Source of the DNA: Saprolegnia diclina VS20
Lineage: Eukaryota
Direction: 5' to 3'
DNA length: 34,762 nucleotides
NCBI RefSeq assembly: GCF_000281045.1
Contig: NW_008246082.1
Span: forward strand, 75,049-109,810
Shown piece by piece: positions 1 through 8,734 of the stretch (position 1 is the stretch's first letter; each line of letters begins with the position of its first letter). Both the position numbers and the translations under genes were made by a program. A model generated the notes under the pieces. The model ran no database searches. It saw only the letters and a program-made list of their open reading frames with translations, and was not told the DNA's origin.

Positions 1-828
1 ACGATCGACGTCAACGAGTACTCGTACCGCCGGCCCGGCAAGACGCTCTTGCACCAATCTGCCGCAATCAACGACGCGCTGTCGACGTCGCTACTCCTCC
101 GCCATGGTGTCCGCGTTAACTGCCTCGACAACGACGATGCGACGCCGCTCCATTTGACATCATCGTACGAGATTGCGCTGCTGCTGCTGGCACACGGCGC
201 TTCGGTTCACAGCAAGCGCCTCGACGGCGCAACGCCTCTGCACCGATCCGCCTCTGCCGCAGTAGCCAAGAGCCTTCTTCAACACGGCGCAAATGTTCTC
301 GCGAGAACAAAGGCCGGTAACACTCCACTGCACCTGACCTCTTTGCCCGAGACGGCAACAACTTTGCTAATGCACGGAGCCCTCGTCGATGCCGTCAACG
401 TCCACGGACACACGCCGCTGCACCTCGCATCGAGTTTTGGTCGCTGGAACGTCGTCCTTGTTCTACTCGCGCACGGTGCACGCACAGACCTTAGAGACAA
501 GGAAGGACGCACGAGTGCAATGATTGCTGCATCCGTCGCCGCGACCTTTGCGCACGCAGCTGCCCACGCAGCAGCCGAGGATCCGCTCGCCAAAGACATG
601 ATACGAACGATCGCGACGCTGTCCTACTGGGAGAAGAAGCGCAACGAAGGTCGCAGCGCCCACCACATACTCTGCGACTTGGCGTGGCGTTGTCTGCGTC
701 CTATCTGCAAGGACCCTCGCGCTGCGCTCCAGCGCACCAAGCTGCCCATGGACGTTCTCGATCTCATTGTCGCGCAGTACGTCGGCCCGTGGGCGATTCC
801 GGAACAAGTTGAAGTTGCGTGTATTTAG
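1..828 (+). CDS. Ankyrin-repeat protein, 5' partial, with a C-terminal SOCS/VHL-box-like segment
   Basis: Frame 1 is open from base 1 to TAG at 826-828. It has repeated ankyrin motifs (GKTLLH, ATPLHL, GATPLHR, GNTPLHL, GHTPLHLA..G...VV..LL.HGA). The C-terminus reads HILCDLAWRCL...KLPMDVLDLI. Confidence 0.88.
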   Translation, partial: TIDVNEYSYRRPGKTLLHQSAAINDALSTSLLLRHGVRVNCLDNDDATPLHLTSSYEIALLLLAHGASVHSKRLDGATPLHRSASAAVAKSLLQHGANVLARTKAGNTPLHLTSLPETATTLLMHGALVDAVNVHGHTPLHLASSFGRWNVVLVLLAHGARTDLRDKEGRTSAMIAASVAATFAHAAAHAAAEDPLAKDMIRTIATLSYWEKKRNEGRSAHHILCDLAWRCLRPICKDPRAALQRTKLPMDVLDLIVAQYVGPWAIPEQVEVACI

Positions 829-1243
829 ATGTTACGTTTGAAACATGTTGTCATTTGTATGGGCCGGTTATGGTTAGCGGCATGAACCTTGAACAGGGTC
901 AGATCATTGCTGAAATGCAACGCTGTAGTCCAGCAAGACCAAGGGTATTTCACAACAACAAATTTGTTACGATAGCCCAGCCATTTGCAGTTGGTGTTGG
1001 AAGCTATTGCGATAGGACAGGATCCGCACCGCCTGCCTGCAGGCATCCTTCCTCGCGCCGTATTCCTTCAGACCACGATATCGTCCATGGGTCAATTGAT
1101 GGCTGTAATTGAGTGCTGTGTTTTTATACCTTTCAAATTGTATGGTCCATCGATTTATCAGCAAGAAACCGCTACTGTAGCAAGCATCTGACCGCTTTCC
1201 ATAGAATTGACGCCGGCTTCGAATTTATTTGCTTTGTGACGAG

Positions 1244-1609
1244 ATGGACGCAGTGGCCGACCTCGCGCAGCCCGACTTTGAGGGCGAGCTCACGAAGCGC
1301 AGCGTGTGGCTCAAGGAGTGGCGAGCGCGCTACTTCGTGCTCAAGGGTAACAAGCTCTACTTTTGCCGGGCGCAGGGCGAGGCGCCGCATGGCATGATCG
1401 ACCTCTCCGAGTGCTTGACGGTCAAGTCGGCCGAGGAGAAGACCAACAAGCGCTTCTGCTTTGAGATTGCGACGCCCGAGTCGACGTACTACATGCACGC
1501 CGAGAGCGAAGAGAAGAAGGACGCATGGATCGGCGCGATCGGCCGCGCGATCGTCAAGTTTTCGAGCTCGTTCACGGGCGACGACGGCTACGACGAAGAA
1601 GACGTCTAA
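1244..1609 (+). CDS. Small pleckstrin-homology (PH) domain protein, 121 aa, single exon
   Basis: ATG at 1244. PH signature: FEGELTKRSVWLKEWRARYFVLKGNKLYF...GMIDLSEC...FCFEIATPESTYYMHAESEEKKDAWIGAI. Acidic tail. Strong GC3 codon bias. Confidence 0.93.
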   Translation: MDAVADLAQPDFEGELTKRSVWLKEWRARYFVLKGNKLYFCRAQGEAPHGMIDLSECLTVKSAEEKTNKRFCFEIATPESTYYMHAESEEKKDAWIGAIGRAIVKFSSSFTGDDGYDEEDV

Positions 1610-1676
1610 GCACATGGCGGGACAGCCTCTTTTTAATACGCCTATTCCTATTGTACGGCGTCGACATCTCTGACTA

Positions 1677-4033
1677 CTACGTACTATCGGCCAAGTCGAT
1701 CACATAGCGTGTCGAAGTCGGCGGCGCCAGCGGCGCGCGCTCGGGCGACGCCGCCAGCACGATCGGCGGCGACCGCGCAAATACATCGTCAAACACGATA
1801 CTGCGCAGCGCCATCTGCAGCGTCACGTTCCTCGAGCCGATCGGCAAGCGCACGTAAAAGTGCATGCCAGTGTGGAGGACGCAGCCGTAGGCGGCGCCGT
1901 CGATAAGCAAGCACACGACGCCGTCCGCCGGCGGCTCAAAGTTGTGGGTCTCAAAGAACACGTCGACGCTACCCCTGTGATGCATGCACGACTCTGAGAC
2001 TACCTACAGCGCATACACAGATGCGTCTCGCATGTAGCACAAGAGGAAGGGGTACCATCGAGACGCTGGCGTTGCCACGGCCGAGGACCAGCGGCCGCGT
2101 CTTGCCAATGGCCAGCATCGAAGCCACATGCGCCACGTCCCATGTCGGCGGGTCCGTACTTGTCAAGCGCTGAAAGAGACGTTGGAGTCGGTCGTTGTCC
2201 GGCTGCACACGCACCGTATGCCCATGCGCAAGTCCCATCGCGAGCAAATAGTCGGTGCCACCGACGTCCTGGGTCCCCGGAATGAAGATCGCATCGCAGT
2301 CGTGACGCGCTAAAAGGCGATGCAGCGAGTCGTTGCCAGGGGCGGCGTAGGCCACGCGTATGCCCATCGACGCGAGCTGCGTCATTGCATAACGGGCGTC
2401 GTGGGCATGCCGCTCGGGCACGACCACCGTGATACGTAGACCTTGGTCGAGGTCCCCGAACAGACGCAGCAGGCGCTGCTCATCGTCGTCCCAGTCGCCA
2501 ACGATGAGCACGTCGCACGGCACGGACGGTGGTTCCACGGACGCGATAGCTACTGGCCATCCGAAGGCGTTCTGGACGTTGGTGCGGGCGCGCCGCACTT
2601 GGTCGAATTGATCGGGCTGCGTAAAGTACACAATGTCATACAAGGCGCCCTCCTTTTCAAACCCGTCGTTGTATCGTAGTGGCGCGAGGAGGAAGAGCCC
2701 CTTGGCGCACGGCAGCGCCATGAAGCGGAAGGTTCGCTCCAAGGCACTGTCGTACGCACTGAGCAGCAGCACGAGATCATGCGGTTGCATCGCTGCTGTC
2801 GTGAATGTCGAAAGCTCGCTGCTTATATGGACAAGGAAGAGGCGCTCGAGTGTGGCCAGCGCCGGCAGTACCACATCGTGTACGAACAGCGCACTCAGCA
2901 AGTGCGACGCCAGCCAAATGTCGTCCATTACGACCAAGAGCTTGGGTTTGTGAATGCGGTCGCTGTCGCGCGGTGAGAGCTGACGGTGTGTCGCGAGAAC
3001 GAACGCTGCGCGCGGGGCGTACGTGTGGTGGGTGCGTATATATGCCGCCAAGTCGTCTGGCGAGTAGGAATATGCATAGTCGGTCGTCACGAGCTGTGCC
3101 AAATGACGCGTCATGTCGCCAGGCGCCTTGTAGTAGAGCACACGGTCGCCGACGAGGGCCTCGAGCGCCGACGAGTGATCGCTGATCAAGATGCGCCCGA
3201 CGGCGAGCGCCTCAAAGACCCGGTTGTTGATCATGCCGGATGCGCGCTGCCCGTCCATCGTCGCGCCAAGAACCACTTTGGCCGCGTGATAGACGTCCCA
3301 CAAGTCGGCGGCTGGCAAGACACCGGCCCAGAACGGTGCAAACTCGGGGTGCATCTCCCACGCGTAGCCATAGATGCGAAGGCCAAAGGGAATCGCCTCT
3401 CGCAGCATGGATGCGAGATGCTGCTTGGTCATGATGCCAACGGCGTTGCCGACGTAGACGACAGGAGGGATGGCGGTGTACGGATTATAGGCTGGAGCTG
3501 GCGGCGGCGGTGTCGCGGCCAAGAGCAAGTACTCGGTCACGGCCGCAAACGGGGATAGATGCTGCAGCGCGTCGTGGCTGTTGACAAAGAAGCCGTCCAC
3601 GTCCAGCATCTGCAACGTGCTGAGACCTACGGTGCATAAGCCAACGGTATTGGCATGGGCGTCAATGGCAACCGGGAAAGTCGGGGTCCAAGCAGTAGAA
3701 ATACACACGGGCGTGCCCGTGTGTGGCCCGTCGGATCTCGTGGATGAAGGCCGTGATCGCGGGGAACCAGCCCTCGATGAAGACGATATCCCACACACGA
3801 TCTTGAAGCGCGCCGTAGCTGCTGGGGTACATGAGCTGTACGTGGTGGCCGTCGGCGACAAAGGCGGCTTGGAAGCCAGCGCAGGTCATTTCAGAGCCGA
3901 TGACGAGCACGTCTGTCGACGAGTGGGCCTGCGCGTGGACGATGATGTTGAGCGACGAGGCGCATGCTTGATCCGTCTCTGCGACGGCGAGCCCGACGAG
4001 CACGAGCCAAAGGAGAGCGAGACGACGGGCCAT
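1677..4033 (-). CDS. Signal-peptide glycosyltransferase, CgeB/Glyco_trans_1_2-like (GT-B), about 752 aa, 3 exons
   Basis: Exons complement(3673..4033, 2056..3626, 1677..2003) with GT-AG introns 3627..3672 and 2004..2055 give one 753-codon frame. Hydrophobic N-terminus MARRLALLWLVLVGLAVA. Motifs VVYVGN, LRIYGYAW, YHAAKVVLG, INNRVFEALAVGRILISD and HHTYAPRA are typical of CgeB-like GT C-terminal domains. Confidence 0.75.
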
Positions 4034-4067
4034 GCAGTCAAACCACGGAAACGAATTGCGCGTCATG

Positions 4068-4107
4068 TGATTGGTCGAAAAATATAGAATGGTCGCCTTG
4101 ATTGGCT
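4068..4107. promoter_or_regulatory. Two CCAAT boxes (TGATTGGTC 4068-4076, TGATTGGCT 4099-4107) in the divergent intergenic region
   Basis: The same (G/A)CCAATC motif recurs just upstream of several other genes in the window: 6618, 11857, 17715, 19654, 26216 and 26249. Confidence 0.55.
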
Positions 4108-4345
4108 GACGCCAGCCATATCTTGCACTGCTGTTGCCAGCATGACATGAGGAGATCGTCGCGCGGCAGGCACGGGTCGACGGGGCCTGTTGCAATGCCG
4201 GCGACTCAGTCCGTATGCAGAGGTACTCAGACCCGCCGGTATTAGTACGCTGCGTGAGTAGCCGATCAATCTCAGTGCGGAAGGTGCCGGCACCTCGCGG
4301 ATCTCGTCCGCCACGTTCTTATAGCCGCACATATCTGCTTTTGCC

Positions 4346-4900
4346 ATGCCGTCCTTGCTCGCTGCACTCTTTCTAGCCAGCCTTACACTCGCTGCGGCCG
4401 GTGGCGCGTGTGGCAAAGTACCGTCCATGGCCCCGTCCTTGACGCCGTCGCCGCTGCCACCACCAAGCCCCTGCAGCGCGTTTGTCGACGGAGCCATCAT
4501 CACGCTCTTTGCTGCGGACTTTGGGTATTGGAGCTTGGACAATTACTTGGCGCTGGCGACGGACGTGCCCACGAGCTTGACAGTTCTCTCGACAAGTTCC
4601 GGGACGTTTGCGCTGCACGACGACGTTCCCAACTACTTTGGCATCCTCATCGACCCATCGGCGTTCACAAACCTCGTCATACCCTATAACGACGCGTCAA
4701 CGCCAGAGACGAGCTTTGCGTGCGTCGACGTCGGTGACAACTGCGTTGCGCTTCGCGACATGAACGGCAACTTTGTGCGTCCGTGTCCGAGTTGCGTCCC
4801 AGAGAACGATGCGATGACACCGTATCTCGCATGCACGCCGCCTGTCAATGGCCAACCAACGACGGCGCACGCGTGGACGGTTAACGTGCCTGCACCTTAA
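4346..4900 (+). CDS. Secreted Cys-containing protein with a fascin/beta-trefoil-like domain, 184 aa, single exon
   Basis: Signal peptide MPSLLAALFLASLTLAAA, then a Pro/Ser linker, then a beta-rich domain with trefoil-like units (ITLFAADFGYW, FALHDDVPNYF, FACVDVGDNCVALRDMNGNFVRPCPSC). The fold call is by eye. Confidence 0.7.
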   Translation: MPSLLAALFLASLTLAAAGGACGKVPSMAPSLTPSPLPPPSPCSAFVDGAIITLFAADFGYWSLDNYLALATDVPTSLTVLSTSSGTFALHDDVPNYFGILIDPSAFTNLVIPYNDASTPETSFACVDVGDNCVALRDMNGNFVRPCPSCVPENDAMTPYLACTPPVNGQPTTAHAWTVNVPAP

Positions 4901-5065
4901 CAACGCGGGCCACACAGCAGCACACTGGGTCCGTATTCACCGTGTAGCACCACTTGGTATACCATGCGACACGCACTGCCGTCTTCTAGTCTAACGTCAA
5001 CACATTGTCATTCCTTTACATCTAATATGTACAAATACATTGAAACAACGAGGTGGGTCTCGGGA

Positions 5066-5716
5066 CTAGAGACGAAGCGATGTGTCGTCCGTTGAACTCG
5101 GAACCGGTATCGATGGCGAGTCGGTCATGGGCGACGATGGCGGGCTAAGTGCTTCAAAGCGAAGCACTTGTTGGACATGCGAGTATACATCGTCGTCAGG
5201 CGCTGCGTCTCGTGTGCTAGCATCGACGGGAGAAAGACTATGTAGCGACGACGACGACGATGGTGGTGACGTCGTCGTCGTCCGAGGCGTCATATTCAGC
5301 CTACTGTCGTAGGCAGCCACGGGAAAGACCTCGGACGCCTTGCGTGGCGCGTACAGTTTGAGTTTGTCCATTTGCATGCGCCGCGCATCGACTTGCTTGG
5401 CGTAAAAGGCCATCGCATCGACGCACTGCCGATGGAGCGCTGCGTTGTCCGGCTTGGGTGGCGCTGGGCGCTGGACGCTTTGATAGTTGTAGGGAGCTTG
5501 GCGCGCTTCGTACGCCCCGAAAATCGCGTCGTCGTCTCGCAGCCAGGATGCAGTTTGCGACATGTCGATGAGAGGCGCTGGCGACTCGTGCCACTCGGTG
5601 GGCCGCGGCGCGGGGACGGGCAGCCTCGACGGCGGCGGCGGGCTCATGGGGCCACCGCGTGGAGGCAGCTTGAGCGGCGGACGCGTCATCGGGCTCATTG
5701 GTAGCGGGCTCTGCAT
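5066..5716 (-). CDS. Hypothetical Pro/Ser-rich protein, 216 aa
   Basis: Uninterrupted ATG-to-TAG ORF with coding-like codon usage and a helical core (ALHRQCVDAMAFYAKQVDARRMQMDKLK). It is followed by an AT-richer 3' region. No family recognised. Confidence 0.6.
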   Translation of the reverse strand: MQSPLPMSPMTRPPLKLPPRGGPMSPPPPSRLPVPAPRPTEWHESPAPLIDMSQTASWLRDDDAIFGAYEARQAPYNYQSVQRPAPPKPDNAALHRQCVDAMAFYAKQVDARRMQMDKLKLYAPRKASEVFPVAAYDSRLNMTPRTTTTSPPSSSSSLHSLSPVDASTRDAAPDDDVYSHVQQVLRFEALSPPSSPMTDSPSIPVPSSTDDTSLRL

Positions 5717-6013
5717 TCGATTGCGTGGGCACTTTGAAGCGAGTGTACACGCCGGATATACGACGGACAGTCGTTATGCAACTGGCGCTGTGTAACTGGC
5801 GACGGCGTATGGGACTGCCACGTCATCGGTGCCGTGCGCTGCATACTAGTACGTGAGTTAATCGAAGTCACGAGCCCCTTCTTGAAGCAGCCTGCGACGG
5901 TTGAGGCGACGGGCGGCTGGTGCAGCGACCTCGTTGGGTTTACGTGGCACTTGGCCGCCATCGGATCCCAGCTTGAGATCCTCGCCTCGCGCTTCTCAAC
6001 GACACCCGAGATT

Positions 6014-6069
6014 GTGTTGACAACGGCGACACAAGAGAAGCGTGTTGACAACGGCGACGCAAGCCAAGC
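6014..6069 (+). repeat. 28-bp imperfect tandem duplication
   Basis: GTGTTGACAACGGCGACACAAGAGAAGC (6014-6041) is followed by GTGTTGACAACGGCGACGCAAGCCAAGC (6042-6069), 25/28 identical. Confidence 0.9.
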
Positions 6070-6617
6070 GTGTCGTCGGGTGTGTTGCGGGCGACGACAC
6101 TGTCACGATCGACGCCGCCGCAGTCCTCCTCCTCTGCCGAATGTGGTCGCACGCACGGTGGACCCGAGTTGTGCAATACGGAGCGTCGCTGCCTCTAATC
6201 AGCTTTATGTTGATTGCGCAGATCTTGGGCTCGAAAGCTCTCGCGACTACAAGCGCAGTGTGGCTGCCGTTCTGGATACTCCTCATCTGGTTGTTTCGGT
6301 TCAGAGGCTAAGTCAAAAATCATTCGATTGTTGAATAATGCGTCTTTGATACCAAGAAACAAGCGTACGAGTCCATCACATAGCTATACTACAACTCGAG
6401 TTTTCCCACAAAGAAGCGTTGTCCATGGTGCCCCAGACCTGCAAATACGATGCAAGCCAACACCGTTTCCAGAAGAGTCGAGAAGGCTTGCAGCGTGTGG
6501 TTATAAACCTAGTATTATCTCATTGTCGCATAGCCGATAAGACAATAAGATGTCAGGAAGACGAGCATCTGGCAACTTCAACACGATCCGGAAAAAGATC
6601 GGGAAGATACGTCGCTT

Positions 6618-6626
6618 TGATTGGTC
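6618..6626. promoter_or_regulatory. CCAAT box (reverse orientation, TGATTGGTC) upstream of larC
   Basis: It lies about 25 bp before ATG 6651 and is followed by a pyrimidine-rich, initiator-like stretch (GCACTCTTCGATTTTTGCC). Confidence 0.55.
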
Positions 6627-6650
6627 AAAGTGCACTCTTCGATTTTTGCC

Positions 6651-8535
6651 ATGACCAAGATTGCGTACTTCGACTGCTCAGCCGGCGCCGCCGGCGACAT
6701 GATCCTCGCGTCGCTCATCGATGCTGTGTGTCTTCTTCGCTGCCTTGTTAGCTCATGAGGGGCTGCGCTAGGGCGCCCCGATCGCCGACATTGAGGCCGG
6801 CCTCGCGACCATCTTTGCCATCCGCGGCGAGTGGGGCCTCGCCACCGAGCGCGTCTGGAAGAGCACGGGCCGCATCGCCGCCACCAAAGTCAATGTCTCG
6901 TCCGTGCACAAGCACGCGCCGACGGCACCTCCAGGGACCCCGCCCCGTGACCACCACCATGATCATGATCATGACCACCACCATGATCATGACCACCACC
7001 ATGATCATAGCCACGGTCATGGGCATCACCATGACCATGATGACGACGAGGATCACGACCATGCCCACGACCACGAGCGCAATTTGGCGAGTATCTGTGC
7101 GATGCTGGACGCCAGTGGACTCTCGCCATGGGTGCGAGAGAAGAGCAAGGACGTGTTTGCGTGCTTGGCGCGCGCCGAAGCCCGCGCCCATGGAACCAGC
7201 GTCGACCACGTACTCACCATCGTCTTCATTGTTTCTTGACAGCGTGCGTAGGTGCATTTCCATGAAGTCGGTGCGATCGACAGCATCATCGATACGGTCG
7301 GGTCGGTGCTCGCCCTCGAGCTTCTGCACGTCGACGAGGTGCACTGCTCGCCGCTGCCGTACTCGAACGGCTTTGTCAAGTGCATGCACGGCCTCATGCC
7401 GGTGCCCGTGCCTGCGACGCTCGACCTCATGCAAGGCGTCCCCGTCATCCCGGCGCCCAAAGGGTACAAATTCGTCGCTTCCTCTATGTTTTGGCATTTT
7501 TCGTGCTATTCTAGCGCAACGGGAGAGCTCGTGACGCCGACGGGCATGAGTCTCATGAAGGCGCTGGCCACCTCGTTTGGCCCACCACCGGCGTTCATCC
7601 CGCATACGCACGGTACGCGGTAGCCACCCGGCAACCAAACCATCACCCTTCGCAGGGAGCGGCGCCGGCACCAAGGACTTTCCTGGCCACGCCAACATTG
7701 TGCGCGTCGTCATTGGTGACGCGACGCATCCAGTGAGTCGTCCGACGCCAAGCCCAAGCAACGACGAGAGCGTTGTCGTCCTCGAGACGAACCTCGATGA
7801 CATGAACCCGCAGGTTGTTGTGCGATTTTTCCATCCAGATTTGTGGTACACGGTATCACACGCTCGATTTTTAGATTCTAAGCCACGTCCAAGAGCTTCT
7901 CTTTGAACAAGGGGCGCTGGACGTGTGGTGGCAGCCCATCCAGGTGTGCTTCTAACCAATGTGTTGCTCCAGATTTTGATGCTAGTTCTTACCAGATGAA
8001 GAAGAACCGACCGGGTATTCTTCTCTCGTACTCGCACACGGTCGATGCGTCAAGACTTATCTCGACACTTGGTAGCGTGCTCTGCCAGCCTGACGGCGTC
8101 AACGCGCTCTCCAACACGCTGTTTTGCGAAACCACAACCCTAGGCATTCGCCGGTACGACGTCGTACCATCACTGCTACCGTCGCTTAGCCTTGGCCGAC
8201 TGCACTAGGCGCACGATGGAGCGAGCGGTGCTCAAGCGGTCGTTCCTTACGGTCACCTCGCTGTATGGCCCGGCCTCGGTCAAGGTGGGATCGCAACTGC
8301 TGACAGCAAGCTTCATTGTACTGCGTAGGTGGGGTATCTCAACGGCGCGCCTGTGAACGTCCAGCCAGAGTTTGACGACTGCCAGGTAGACGCAATAGTG
8401 TGCGTACGTACATGGTGCAACCATTGAGGTGCGTAGAAGCTCGCGCTTGCCGCCAACGTCCCGATCAAGACGGTCCTGGCCGAGGTCCAAGCACTCGCCC
8501 GAGCCTGCTTGAAGAAGGAAGCGCCCATGGCCTAG
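6651..8535 (+). CDS. larC: LarC: nickel-pincer cofactor nickel insertase (pyridinium-3,5-bisthiocarboxylic acid mononucleotide nickel chelatase), 463 aa, 11 exons
   Basis: join(6651..6725,6772..7209,7252..7463,7515..7612,7656..7813,7875..7943,7996..8027,8076..8153,8209..8284,8329..8385,8437..8535) = 1392 nt with all introns GT-AG. LarC motifs occur in order: [23 protein letters not shown], His-rich tract, [68 protein letters not shown]...[24 protein letters not shown]. Confidence 0.95.
6949..7074 (+). repeat. Coding low-complexity His/Asp tract within larC exon 2
   Basis: Encodes [42 protein letters not shown] (23 His in 42 residues), built from repeated GACCACCACCATGATCAT units. Confidence 0.95.
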
Positions 8536-8734
8536 TCGCTACGTCTCCCTAGCAACAAATCTCTACCGCTGTGTATAAAATGCTTGTTGAGCTGAAGCAA
8601 AGTCCAAGTCGTTCCGTGTGCTTGCATTGGCCAGCACACCACATTGTTGGCATTGGGGCGCCAAATTTGAAGTCCTTTTATCCGTACGTCCGGATAAAAT
8701 GTAGCAATATCTGCTGGAAGGTCAAATTTGAGCG

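Noticed and set aside
829..1200. Short ORFs in the lower-GC spacer after the ankyrin gene
   Set aside because: No recognisable motifs, non-ATG starts and no coding-type codon bias.
6014..6069. Direct repeats considered as a CRISPR-like array
   Set aside because: There are only two adjacent copies with no spacer, the context is eukaryotic, and no cas genes are present.
6755..7534. ORFs with Met/Thr/Ile-rich or Met/Val-rich repeats ([11 protein letters not shown]...)
   Set aside because: They are alternative-frame readings of the larC His/Asp tract.
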